NCBI GenBank assembly: GCA_030141605.1 | Contig: JAQGDQ010000045.1 | Coordinates: 62,001 to 126,000, forward strand | DNA: 64,000 nucleotides | From: Tubiluchus corallicola | Lineage: Eukaryota > Animalia > Priapulida | Reading direction: 5' to 3' | Shown here: piece by piece, positions 14,810 through 28,560 of the stretch | Layout: each line of letters starts with the position of its first letter | Numbering within the stretch: the stretch's first letter is position 1 | Position numbers and translations under genes: made by a program | The notes under the pieces: generated by a model | Databases searched by the model: none | Told to the model about the DNA's origin: nothing | The model's input: the letters and a program-made list of their open reading frames with translations, nothing else

Positions 14810-16825
14810 CAATTCAATTCAATAGATTTATTTCGCAATAAACAAATACTTATGCATTACAAGTATAATGATAATCAACTTTTGTTAATTTTGTTAACAC
14901 AAAATTAGGATATAACTCATGAATGCTGCGCTAGAGACCTAAGAAGCTAGCTTATATTAGGCCACCAGAATTAGTAACGAGAAAAATAACAACATATTAC
15001 TAATGGTTAGCGTGAGGTACAGTGGGTGTTAGCAGTATTTCATAATTACGATGTAAACTGATGGTCGGTACAGAGAAATGATAAGTGTTTTAACACATTC
15101 GCTAAGCATTTGTGGAGGAGGAAACACTTGAATAGACTATATGGAGGTGTGTATTGCAGAATATATATATACGGGTGGGAACTAATAACTATATTATTAT
15201 CCTAGAGGGAAGTTTTTGAAAATAGAAAACAACAAATCATAATTGAGTGATCAGCTATATGTTTCAAGTAAGAGTAATGTACATACTTTTTTGAATATGG
15301 ACAGCGCGTTGGCATTTTTTGCAGCTGGAGCAATTGAATTCCATATGTAAGGGCCATTGTATTTAATAGAAAATTTTCTAACATTTGTGTTGCACTGTAT
15401 GTAGTGATAGTTAAGTCTATATTATGTATTGTAATTAAGTATTTCTGCATTCAAACAAAAATAATCAGTAAATAAGGGTGGCAATAATTTACGAGAGAAT
15501 TTGTAGATGGAAATGGCGGTTTGGAACTTACTAGTGTCATAAATGTTTAGAAAGTTTAGTCTTTGGTATATGTGCTCCCCAAACAATGTTTGAATTATTA
15601 AGATATGGTAAAAAAGAATTATATAATAATATAAGTACTGATTTAAGCAATATGAGTCTAACTCTGTATATAATACCTATGGCTTTGGTGATTTTACTTT
15701 CAATAGATCTAAGATGTTCTTGCCAAGTTAGGTGTTCATCTATGATGATATCTAAGAACGTAGTATGTTTTACTTTATTTATTGGGACTTCATCGATTTG
15801 TACTGTAATATTACTAAGGATTCCTTTATTTTTATTCGTGAATACAATAAATTTAGTTTTTTCAATATTCAGTGACATTTGCTTTATTTGCTTTAAACGA
15901 GGTGGTGAGGTGTGGAAGTTCTTGGTTTACAGTATTTATCATTGATTCATAGTTTGAGTGACTATAGAATGAGTTAGTATCATCGGCAAGTAAATTGAAG
16001 TCTAGCAGAGTGGAGACATTATGGAGATCATTAATATCGAGAAGAAAAAGCAATGGACCTAAGACTGAGCCTTGAGGGACACCATAATTGATTTGCTTCA
16101 AAGAAGAAAATGTGTTATGTATTAGTACGGGCTGCTTTCTGTTGAGTAAATAACTTGTAAACCACTGTAAAAGCAGACTTCTGACACTACAATTGTTTAA
16201 TTTAGCTAAGGGTATTCTATGGTCAATAGTATCAAAGGCCTTAGATAAATCAACAAAGATACCAATTGTGAATTCATTATTGTCAATTGCATTTGATATT
16301 AGATCAAGAAGTTAAAGTAGAGCCATGTAAGTGGAGTGGTTTTGTCTAAAGCCTAGTTGTTTGTTGTATAATGTTGTTTTTTTATGAAGCTTAATAGTCT
16401 ATTATACATTAGTCTTTCAAGAATTTTGGAAAAACAGGGAAGAATTGAAATGGGTCTAGAATTTTGAAACTTGGATTTATCACTAGTTTTGAAAGATTGA
16501 TTAACATTAGCTATTTTCAGAGAGTCTGGGACTATACCTGTTGAAAATGACTTGTTGAACATATAAAGTAGAGGTTCAGCAATACAGTTGGAGCTTTTAA
16601 GGATAATTTGTGATACATCATCATACCCTGTACCTTATTTTTTAAATTATTGTCACATTAAGCAGCTCCGTTTTGTCAATTGGAAGCAACTGCATTGAAT
16701 TCCTACATGCGTTTGGTAAATATGAAAAATATGACGTATTTGTAGTGGGAATTTTGTCTGCTAGAGATGAGCCTACATTTACAAAATAGTTATTAAAGCC
16801 ATCGGATATTTCTTTGACAGTTGAC
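14810..16825 (-). mobile_element. 5'-truncated, degraded non-LTR retrotransposon (CR1/L2-group LINE) ORF2 RT plus 3' UTR
   Basis: ORF fragments FNNYFVNVG, PDSLKIA..RPISILPCFSKILERLMYNRL, FVDLSKAFDT, GVPQGSVLGPLLFLL.IND, ADDT, SLNIEKTKFIVF, FL.IIIDEHLTW; frameshifts and stops; 3' end AATAAA followed by (ATTGA)n-like tail at ~14810-14832. Confidence 0.93.
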
Positions 16826-17214
16826 AAACTGTTTGCTACCCAAGTCCAGTGATGCTTAACTTCGCTGCCAACCACATCATGCCATCGTAATTTGTCGAAC
16901 GCTTTCAAAGATTGAACTGTAGAATGCAGGCAACGGCAAATTATATTAACTAGAATCCATCTACGACTTTGGGTACAAATCTACTACAAAATTTTGGACA
17001 ATATTCATCATCACTCACAAGTTCGCAGATATTAATAAAAATATTATATCAATTTAAAAATCGGGCAAAGATGGCACGCTTCAAGACTAGACAATGATAT
17101 ATTGGTAAATACCAAGTGAAGTTCATCACACACGTATTATTAGTTACTATTTAATATTTATTGAGCGATATATTTGTACGATTACATAGTACAAACGTCA
17201 CTAGTGCTACGTTA

Positions 17215-17965
17215 AATCATTTATCCTTTGCTGACGGCTTTTGTGTTTTTGCTACTTGTATTCCACAACTTGAATACCTGGCATTACCTGCTCAACATAA
17301 GGGAAAAATTTTGCATTCGGATACGCTGTGTGTTACAACTCTGGTAAGAGCAAATGCTTATTATTGTGCTCTAAATGGTGTTGTGCACTGTAATTCTAAA
17401 TGGTGTTGCCTTTAAGACTGTTAATGACCAGAAAAATTTATGTCATATCTTAATCAGCATATTGCACGATGATCTTAACATTAAGCATCAATGTTTTTTT
17501 ATGTGCAAGAGCCAATATTATTAGGAGGTTTAATATCTGTTGAAATTAAGAGAAGGCTTTTTGTAGCACTTTGTAATAGTAATAGTTTGTAATAGTTTCT
17601 AGTTTAATAATGATAAAGGAACTAATGAAAGAATGCATATTACCTATAATAATGCCATTAGAGGTATGTTAGCTAGAATGTACCAAGGTTTTCCAGCATA
17701 CGAAAAAAAGATGTATTTAGTCTTAGAAGTAGGCTGTTTTTGATTAAAAATATTCTTATTAATAACTTGTTTTGCAATACTGATACAATTTTTAGATCGA
17801 ACATTTTCAGGTCGTGGCACGGAATCTTATAAACCCATTTTAACTAAAATTTTCTTGTAAACAAGATTCCTATATTGTCTGTAAACTAACGCTGTGCGTT
17901 TTTACTTGTGTCTTATTTTTACTTTTGTTATATGGCCTTTAAATGTCTGAAATAATAAATAATAA
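17215..17965 (+). mobile_element. Highly degraded LINE 3' fragment (L2/CR1-like)
   Basis: NHLSFADG resembles the RT HL.YADD motif; ends in tatggcc...gtctgaaataataaataataa, a LINE-like 3' terminus. Confidence 0.45.
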
Positions 17966-19914
17966 TTACTTTTTCATAACCTACGTTCAGCTGAGAATAT
18001 AAAATAAATCGAGACATCACCCTTCCTAAAACGCAGAACAGCTGGTAGATAAGAACACGTTTCAACTTTTAGTATTGGCCATGGTGCGTTGCTGCCACAG
18101 TGCAACTCTTCCATTTTTTCGATTCTTCCAATTAATATCATAATAATAACGCGCGGCACGAGCAACTACGAAGAGGCGAAATTTAATTTTTCTATGCCTT
18201 TACTTATTTATGCACTTATGTACTGACACCTTTTATAATTATAAAGTCATATAATTATATATACCACAACCGACGCGGATATCACTTATTTGAGTGTATG
18301 ATATTATAATCTACAAAGTTATAAATTCCGTATGCTTGGGCTCAACTTTCTTCTTACTATATACTATACTTGACCTTATCAGCGACGCATAATATTAACA
18401 TGAACTTCCTTTCGCAATCTTAATTAAGTTCACATTCTACGTCCGTCTGTACCAGATGTGCGAACGAATTTAAACTGACATTGTAACTACAGTAATGGGC
18501 TAATAACAGGTAGGCCCACACTATAGACGTGGACAGTTTCTAAACAAAATATTTCAAATTTTACAATAATATGCCGAGAAACTGCCCTATTCCATCTATT
18601 CCATTTCTCTATTCCATCTTTTATTTTCTATCATTTTTATCTTATCTATTTAGAGGTAACTACAGCATCGAACTTGCGTATGTACTGTTCATGAAAGCAA
18701 CAACAACAGAAGTGAAATTAAAATTAGATCACACTACATGTGATGTGAAACAGCATTTCGCTTTTGTGACTGAATTAGTAAAATTCGGCAAATGCTCTTA
18801 TAAGATTCATATCTACATATTTCAGTTAACTCATGGTTCGGTATAGCCAGTTGCTTATATATATATGAACAGATTATTGTTGAAAGTACGTATTTTTGAA
18901 CAAGATACACAAAGGAACTTTTGATTGTGACCGAAGATCAGTTCATTTTAAAGCCTGTTTTTAATTTTTGAAAGCCTTCAATAAAATTTTTATGCAACTT
19001 TTATACAATTAGTGCAGTAAAAAGTTTTATTTCTAACTCAAAGAAATAAAGATTCATTGAAATAGTTTTATCTTCTCATTGTTGCTTACATGTGAACAGA
19101 CGATTGTATCGCAGGGAAACAAAAAAGCTACACTGTTGATACGATATATCATGTGAACAAACTCTAAGCTATTGAAATGTTGAAGCTTCTGTCAAAACAA
19201 TGCAGGCACAAAAAAAACAATATAAATGGCTGAACAGCAATTTCTATAACAGGTCAGACGCAAACGACATTTACATATTGACCACGAGCTCCAAATAATA
19301 CATTGAAAGAAACATCTTACTCAGATTGATCTTTCAGCCAATTATGCTAAAGTTTGCAACAGCAGTGAGAAGGAAACGTGTTGCTGCATGCTACTGCCCG
19401 TCAATTTTTGAAGCCACACACGCTAGGCACAGACAGCGTGACGGGGATAAGCTGAAGCCAGCTGCAGGTAGTTTACCTTCTTACCGATTACAGCTCCTTA
19501 TGTTGCGGTGCAGTACCACGAAGGATGATAAAACTTGCAAAACAACCAGAAAACGTGATGTAATCACGGAATTAATTTTATGTGATACTGTAAACTCTTG
19601 TACCTTTAAATGCCAGTATGGATCAATGAGAATTTCATAAAATGCTTAGCAATTACGTTGATAAGGGATGCGATAAATCTCAGTGATACAGCAAGAGACA
19701 TGTTGCTATCACTGATTGTACAAGCTACAAACATGATGTGAGTTGACATGAATGCAGAATACTTTCATTGAGCAACTTTAGTTTTTAGCCAGTTAACATA
19801 TTAAGTGCATTTGTATACTGTCACTCTGTCACATAATTACAAAATTCTTCTTTGATAAACAGCGCAAAAGTATACACCACACCCGTAGCCAAACCTTACG
19901 TACATATGTACAAA

Positions 19915-21077
19915 CCTTACGGTTATTTGGAGCCATAGGTCATTCAGACGCTAGGTGTTCTGGACACATACGTCATTTGGATACGAGGTAGATTGGACAC
20001 ACACATTAGTAGAACACATAAGCAGTTGAGACACTAGGTGTTTTGAGCACATGTGGCATTTGAACACATTAAGACAAACTCATTTATCTTACACAATTTT
20101 AGACAAGTAAGTCTTTTACGTACAGGTTATTAGGACAAGTAAGTAATTCAAGCATACATATGCCATTTACATTAACGTATTTAGATATATTATTATTGCA
20201 GATTAAGGTGTTTATGTATTAATTACGATAAAACGACGAACATTGGGACTTTTCCTAGAAGATTTTTCTTTACAAGTAATTATTAAAATGGGCAATAAGA
20301 AATTTCTTAAGTACATACAGTTTGTCATGTGAAAAGAATTTACCTTACTAACCGCTTCCGTGAACTGGTCAATCCGCAATCATCAATCGATTATAATACA
20401 GTAAACCACTCATTTCGATATTTCTGGAATGAATGCCCTCATATCACTTAAGTGTGCGTGAAAGGATCAAAGTCAGGCAACACTTGTCGTAACTCTAGCA
20501 CTGTTTTACAGGTTATGTTGCTTTGTAATTCTTATGGAGTAAATAGTTTCAGTGAACGAAGAAGCTTCAGTGCTTTATTGTTCAAATTATTAAACATAGT
20601 CAGCCATGACATGACTACATTCAGTAGAAATGTGAATCCGGCAAAAAATTGCACAGATTTAGTTAAACATTTAGTTAAAAAATAAAATAGCATTAAGGTA
20701 TCTCCAATGAGAATTTCCAATAGCAAAAAATGAGCTACGCATGTCTAAATGCCTACTTTAGAAGTGTCCAATTTTTGTGCAAAATGCGTATGTGTCCAAA
20801 TGACTATGTGTCGAAATCGTCGTGTGCTAAAAATGACTTGTGTCCAAATAGCCTTGTGGCCTAAATTACCTACGTGTCCAAATATCTTGTATCCAAAGGG
20901 TGCCTATGTGTCCAAAGGAATCTATGTTTAAATTACCTATGTGTTTAAATGACCTATGCGGTCAAAATGCCTTGTGTGCAAATTACCTATGCGTCCAAGA
21001 GCAAATTATCTTGTGTCCAAAAGTTAGGTGGCGACGCATCCCGTGTCACAATGTCTGTGTTGAAATGTCTGCACACC
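19915..21077. mobile_element. Foldback-type element with inverted arrays of a ~16-17-bp unit (MULE Phantom/Rehavkus-like architecture)
   Basis: Left array 19915-20200 of TAGGTCATTTGGACACA-like units; right array 20740-21025 of the reverse complement TGTGTCCAAATGACCTA; ~550-bp spacer. Confidence 0.7.
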
Positions 21078-21118
21078 ATTTTTTAAAAATATTAGTAACG
21101 TATTTTCAAGGCAATGAG

Positions 21119-21278
21119 AGCTTTAGACAACAGGTGAACCTCTTAAATAATAAAAACAATAGACAAGCTAACTTTGGATAGCAGGTGACTTCTTAAATAA
21201 TAAAAATAATGGGCAAAGTGCTTTGGATAACAGGTGACCTCTTAAATAATAAAAACAATGGACAAACTAGCTTCGGAG
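21119..21278 (+). repeat. Tandem minisatellite, ~50-bp unit x3
   Basis: Three copies of CTTTGGATAACAGGTGACCTCTTAAATAATAAAAACAATGGACAAACTA-like sequence. Confidence 0.9.
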
Positions 21279-24200
21279 AAACTGTGTTAAACTTAACCAG
21301 CAATTCAATAGCAAATTTGGAAGAAACTATAAATTTGTCCCAAATTTCCTTGTGCAAAAGGTGGCCAGTAAAGCCTTACACTTATAGGCAAATACTTTCT
21401 AAGTTTTCAAACGAACTGCTGGATGAATGTCTTCAATGGTTTCAACAGCTACATAGATATCTAAATAATCAATGTGTGCATTCAATTCTACACCTGAAAA
21501 GGTGTCAGTGAAAAGATTAGCGAGCCAGCAGCCCATTGGGGTGTCTACCTAGTTCCTAGCTGCGCGCCAAGAACCTTAGCAATAGGTTGGAACAACTGCT
21601 ACACTCCTTGACACAGAACGAGGTGAATCATGGCTCGAAAAACGCCGTGCACATGGGTGTGGACGAGAGACGGCGATACGCGGCTAAAGAGCCACAGGAA
21701 GGTCTTTCCGATGGGGATGGTCTCGTTTCCGTACAGCTGCCTACTTTAGATTGCAATCCCACTCTCACATTACTGCACGCGTAGGATGATAGTGCACCAG
21801 AGGGGCGCAATCCAGACGGCAATGAAAGCTAGCACCCCTAGCACAAGACGCATTATTACAGCGCACGCACACTAAACGCCAGAACGATAATCGGGGGTAA
21901 CTGGACAAATCCGTATTCTGGTTCACTCCGCCAAGACCAAGCAGGTCTGAGTCGGGAGATCACGATCGACGCGCCACGATAACTCCTGGTGACGCCCTGC
22001 GCACGCCATTGCTGAAGCTGGCTGCAGATGTGGCTGACGGAATGCTGGCACGTGCCTGACCTTTAGCAGATGTGACCCGAGCTCGAAGCTATGAAACCAT
22101 ACACCAAAGGCTTCACTTCCTGGCTGCCGGACAGCTGGCCTGACGTAGTCAATCAATCAATCGCACTTCATCAGGCACGCGCTTTCTGACATTTATAATG
22201 CAGGGGAGCTATGGAGCAGAGCAACAGATTAGCCTCTTCCGGTCGAGGGTCAGGCATCATTAATTAAGCAACCATATAGTTATTAGACGACGCAAATCAG
22301 CATTTTGAAAAAAAGCTTATCCTGTATGGAAAGAGTCGGTATAAAAGCTATCTACATGAGATTGTGACATTGTGTTGTTAGTTATGCAGCTGTAGATGAT
22401 TAATAATGATTTTACGCTTAGTCAAGTGACGATTGGTGACTAAAGGGACATTCCTGCAAAATATGTAACAAAACTAAAGCATTAATCATCAATAAACTAC
22501 TGCCTGTTTTTGTTACTTACTAAGCATGTGTGAAACACGGGCAATGCAGAAGCTTTGAGTTCGAGTCTCGAAGAGGAAAATAAATTTTGCACCGTCCTAT
22601 TTTACTTACTCGCATGCATTGTTAAGATTTCAAATAGAGTAGAACCTAGAGATATGCAAAATACACAGCAGAAATAGCCAAAAAAAACTACGCAATGGCA
22701 GATGCACAGATTTGTTGTGCGTAAATTGCTTATAATATGCGACAACCAGCTCACACTAGTGGTTTTATCTCTTTTTAGACTTTATTTCTGTGACGCTTGG
22801 ACTCACATCATTTCGTGACAATGTCACAATCAAATACAGAAAAGATACAGTAGCAGGTGCTAAAAACATTACATCAATGAAATCAACTCTTCCAACTTTC
22901 TCCAGAATTGCTACTCTCTGAACGTCTCTGTTAATACATATACAGTGTAATCGACTTCTACGCCATTTCATTTCAGTACGCACAGAAGCACTTTTATACA
23001 CGTAGAAATATTACAATAGTTGCAAGCATGTTATTACTAATTTATGACCACAAAAAAGTAGTAAGTATAAAACAGAATGTAATTTAAACATACATTAGCT
23101 AGATTTGTTGAAATGGAAGTTCATATGGATGCTTTCACATACCTATGTATGCATGGTATAATCATTCTTCGCGACTCTTTCTTAAAAAGTTGGTTTTCTA
23201 ATACGTAATTTAAAGCTGTTAATCTTAAAACCATCTAAATTTAAAAAAAATGCACGTAAGGCCTCATTATTAGGAATTGTCGAATCTCAACTCTCAGAAT
23301 TGCAAGACAGCATTTCCAACCCCATAAATGCATCGTGATTAATGTAAAAGGGAAAACATTGGGTTTTTATATCTATCCTTCATATCTATTGTCATTACTG
23401 TCTCCATAACTCATACATAAATTAATAGCTACCTTGAGAAAAATTGAAACTAAAAGCAGTACATGAAATCCTACATGTGGGTGCAGGATGCTCTCCACTT
23501 ATCCAATTTTACAACCACGCACCCCAGATTCACCTTATCTATGCACTGGAAGCTCAGGAAACGTACTATATCGATGTACAACCTCATTTTATGATACAAG
23601 ATTGTTATTATGCAAAACACATGCAGCGTAAAACTTCTGCGCGTGTGCACTCACGCCCACGCGCCTAGTGCTATATTTAGAACGGGTACCACTTCACAAT
23701 ATTACAACACTATACACTAACACGAGCCAAATAGTGTATATATATATATATATATTACGCAGCTAACTACAAATACCAGCAGCACCTGATGATTGTACGT
23801 ACCTTTCAGGTAGGACGCCTGCACATGGTTAACTGACACGTGGAAAAATTTGGCAAAATTAACGAGCGCCAGACCTGCTCACAAGTATATACGTACAAGC
23901 GCCAGTATGGGGTCTAGACAGTGAACCTGGTTAGCTAACCACTGCCAGTCTGTACGTCGTGTCAGCCCTAATTAAAATACCACAACAAATTTTTACAAGT
24001 CTGACTCCTGGAAACTGGTGGTTGCGCACTTTCCCAGGGTTCTTCAGTTACCCAACGCTCGAAGCCATTTATAATTGTAAACACCACCTAATATATGACA
24101 CGCTTCATAAAGTTGTTTTTATAGATGCCAAGTAGATGAACGATAAAGTTCTAGTACGTCGAACACGTGGCCGCGGCCGTATCATGCACAAGCTTCTCTA

Positions 24201-26699
24201 CGCTCAAGGCCACCGATTTTTCTGGTACCAGAAGGGTGTAAAAGGGCGACTCATCGTGGAACGTAACACACCACAAATAGTTTGGCGAAATAAAATTTCT
24301 GAAATTGACAAATGAACTTGTCCAACTTTAAAGATTATGCAAGGTGGAAGATAAAAAGGTAAAAAAAATAACGATCAGTCTACAAATATGGCAGACTCAG
24401 ATGCAGGGCTTCAACTTTATTACTTTAACATGTTTTTGTGAGATCACAAACTTTTTATTAGGCGGAGTATAGCACTGCGCCTACTGAATGAATTTCAGAC
24501 AAGAATATCATAACTCACAGGCTCTCACTGAATGACTAAGACGAAAAGTGATCCGTGGAGAGCGTGGGAGATTTTTTTATTAACCAAAGGACGCGCCCAG
24601 AAGGCTGCTAGGAATTCATACACAGGCTTCCTTTGATTCACCCGTGCGCGCGTCTCATATGTTGAACATTTTTTAAATAGATTAGAGGGTTCAAGTAATT
24701 CACGAGATCTGGTTCATTCGTTGTTAGTTAATGGTGGTTCGTTCGTTCATCACTGCAACCAACCATTTGCATGACCAGATTTTTATTTTCTTTTAACAGG
24801 CGTTTTTTCTAGCTTTTATAAAGTGTTACTTTTTTTAAAGAAAAATATTCTTCTAAAAGTTATAGTATCAACATGAAAATTCAATGCATCAATAAAACAA
24901 GTAAATAGTTATCATCATCATTTAAAACAATATGATTATAATGGGCAATTAAGCACGGTGACCATAATATATTCATATATTTCAAAAATATTAATTGTGC
25001 GTCTAACGTTCATTATTCAGTTATACTCATTCGTATTGATTATGTTCGGTCAATGAACAGACTGACAGATTGAGTGACTTAGCAAATGAGTGACTGAATA
25101 TCTAAACAACCGACTAATTAATTAACAGTCATTACTAACTGACCTAGATTCTTTACAAGCTTGACCATACTTGAATTTACTAAACATGAAATACTACCAT
25201 TACAAGAGAAGAAAAAAGAATGTTAAAAAAACTGGAGAACTCAGAAAGATATATAACAGAAACGAAAAATGCTTAAATTAAATTTACAAAAAAAAACAGA
25301 ATGAATTCAAAATCCGTGCACTGACGACGTAAAAACTTCAATCAAGAACTTCTGGCCGTTCCACAAATTCAGTTCATCATCAATTCGATAATTAATTCTT
25401 ATGCAGCTCACTACACCGCCAGCCAATATGAAGCATTAAATGTCGATTCTATGGACGGTCAGCGAACACAACAACAACTACCAACCAATGCTACCTTGTT
25501 GTGGTGGGATCAGAATGTAGCTCATTAGGATAATCCTTAAGATAAAAAACCAAGCTGGCAGTGATGTGCACATTCCTTCAACGAGAAAAATAACATGGCA
25601 GCATGGCAGAGGTAGCATGGCAGATTAAAATTCCCAGAAGCAGTATTACCAGCAGGCAAACATCCATTTACAAGCGAGGCCTAGTGGTACTTAAGTTTGC
25701 ACATGCAATGTCGTTTGACTATATTTACAGACACCAAGTGAACATGGTGACGACCTATCGATGGTATTGGTACGAAAATACGGTAAAGAAGATATGCCTG
25801 AAAGAACCGGTAGCTGGTAACTACTCACACACATCCTAAACCCTCACCCCGGAATCTTGGAATCAAATCACCAAAAAATATTATTTTAAACTATTCATGC
25901 CCCGTGCTCATTTCTCCAATAGCAGCGAGCGTTTTTTCTCGTCTGCAAACTGCCGAGATCAGAAGTTAAATTTAAAAATAGCTGGTTTTTATCTCTGCCG
26001 TTGCATATTATTGCAGGCACGAGTATAAGTGGAGGACGCGTGCGGGGTCGTCCGTGCGCTGCTTTATGGTAGTCCAATTTTTCTATGTCAGATCGCAGCT
26101 GCCGAATGCAGGAGCTGAAATCTGTCTGTGTTATGTGTGAGAAAGTGTTGCAAGTGAGCCATCAGTCAGTAAACCATCTCGTCTAGAGGGCGCTGCAGGT
26201 CAGTTGCAGTAGTTAAAATGCGCGTGGGTGTGCGTAGATGTGCGTGTGTATGTGAGGATTTCTTTTGCCTAAAACTCTATTGATGTAGCGCTCTTGTGCA
26301 TGCATATTTGACTCCAATATCCTTATGATATGATGTAAATTTCTTAAAATATACTGGGTTGTATACTTTCCTATTAATCACGGTGAATGTCTTCACGTGG
26401 TTAAACCCAAAACATTCATTTTAATGAAAAAGAACAATAACAAGCCTAGTTTTGAGGTTCATGGGATTTTGTAGTCTCTGTGGCTTCTGGCGTGTTTGCT
26501 TTGCAATTATTTTCCGGCGCGTATAACAGTTTGAGAGCAGTCATATGCATAACGGTCACAGTGGCTTATTCTGCAGTGGTACGTGACTGGGAATCGGGTA
26601 ATTAAAATAATAGCTTTACTTTTAACAACCGCTGTAATTTTAGTGCCACTCTCATAAAAAACTTGCGTTACAACAGTTGCGCGACAATATATATGCACA

Positions 26700-27370
26700 A
26701 CGACATAATTACGTGACGTCACCTTAAGTCAACCATATAACATAACTTCTCACCTAATTGCATGCATAAAAATCTAAAGATTTAATAAGGGTCAAGGTTG
26801 GCAAGGACAACACAGGCTAAAACGCATCAAAAATGACTGAAAACCATCAAATGATTAAGGCTTTAAAAATACCATGCACTTCTGTCATTTAAACCAACAT
26901 AAAATGAACTAATTAAGCGGCTATAAATAATTAACTTAATTAAGTTAAGAAGTTGCCACAAATATTTTGTTTTGAACCAAGTACAATCCATCAAACCGTC
27001 CTACCAAATTTCTACTCAACTGGATCAACTAAATTTAATTAATTAAACAGGCGAATTAATTAAGTCATAACGGGAATTGCTAAACATTTTTTGTGTTGAA
27101 TCAAGGACAACCTAGCTAGCCAAATTTCAACTCGATTGAGTCATGTGAACATGCAATTTAGATCTTTAAAAATAATTAACGAAAGAGCTTTAATTAATTA
27201 ACTAAATAACGAGTTGCTACAAATTTTTGGTTTTGAACCAAGGACATCCTAACTAATTATCACGCCAAATTTCAACACAGTTGGATGAATGGGAATATAC
27301 AATTTAGATGAATTCATTAATTCATTAAACAGCTAAAATTGATTAACTAACTAAAATTACAGCAGCGATT
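26700..27370 (+). repeat. Degenerate internally repetitive element (Helentron/HINE-like), ~3 copies of a 120-140-bp module
   Basis: Module TTTTG.TTTGAACCAAGGACAA...CCAAATTTCAACTC..TTG recurs at ~26960, ~27085 and ~27225; GGTCAAGGT upstream. Confidence 0.55.
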
Positions 27371-28560
27371 TCGATAATTAATCATGGATAGGGTGCAGCT
27401 AACGGATATCCGAAAATACGGGAAGATAATTCAGAAGTTGACAATGACATTGAATAAATATTATAAAGGACAAGAATGCCCAACATATAGATTACATATG
27501 GTAATGAGAAATATGTAAAGAGTACTGCGTAAACGGAAATGAAATTCTTCGAGCATATCTTAGTTTGGCTACACTAATGAGACTAATTAAAAGTATGATA
27601 TGCAGTGCTTTTAACAAGAAGAATAGAGTAACCAATATTTATTGGATATACATCTGGTGTCAGAACAGAGTTTGACCTAGTTATTTGCCACTCTAGTTTT
27701 GCTAAGAAATTATTCGTGGCGGGCTGAGGAACAGTTTGCGACGAAAGGTATCTTTCACGCGGGGCGCCCCAAATAACGTCGGGAATGAACGCGAGAATGC
27801 TACTGCACGTAATAATGCGAAATCACATCCGAAAAATTTTCAGTAATGATTTGTTAGTAACAGCCACATTTTTAAACAGGTGAATTTTAATCAACAAAAA
27901 GAACACTTTTCCGGGAAGGATTCTACAAATAAGCGGCCGAAAAACTGTACTTATAAGAAGTAATCTTAGTATAGATCTGAGAATATTCAATGTAAGATTA
28001 TGTGTAGAAACAGCAAAAACAGTACTACGAGCAAACTACTGTGATTAAGAATAACGATTGAGAAAATCTTAAGAGAATCCTCGACCTGAACGTAAAAATA
28101 GCCAAAAAGCCTGAACAGCCTGATGTAACATTAACGCTTAACTAAATACAAAAATGGCTTAATGTGGCATATACCTTTCACTAAGTAAAACGGGTTACCC
28201 CAAATCATTAATTTTAAAATAGTAATTATTTTGTTCTACCTTTTGTTAAAATTTCAGCTACTGTTACAAAAACTTTTCAGAATGGATCTGTATGAATATT
28301 GAACATTTTGCCAAAACTTTTATTTTGGTTTCAGTTTTATTTTAATTTCTGCACTAAAGAGTTTATTGTCATTTTATCTTACTGTCATACTATCCACAAC
28401 CACATTGCTGGTAAGATGAATAGAAGCTTGCTGAATGCATTATAAACTACAGACACACAACAAAGCACAGTTTTTACACCAATGAGATTGTAAAAAGTTC
28501 TAATGTTATTTAACTGTGAATGCAGCATTAACTTCAGTTAAAATTGTCTGCATTTCGTTA

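Noticed and set aside
20749-21181. Cys-rich ORFs (MPTLEVSNFCAKCVC..., MPMCPKES...)
   Set aside because: Translations of the TGTGTCCAAA tandem array, not metallothionein-like genes.
19915-21278. Short regularly spaced repeats resembling a CRISPR array
   Set aside because: Units are contiguous and degenerate, with no unique spacers and no cas genes, in a eukaryotic context.
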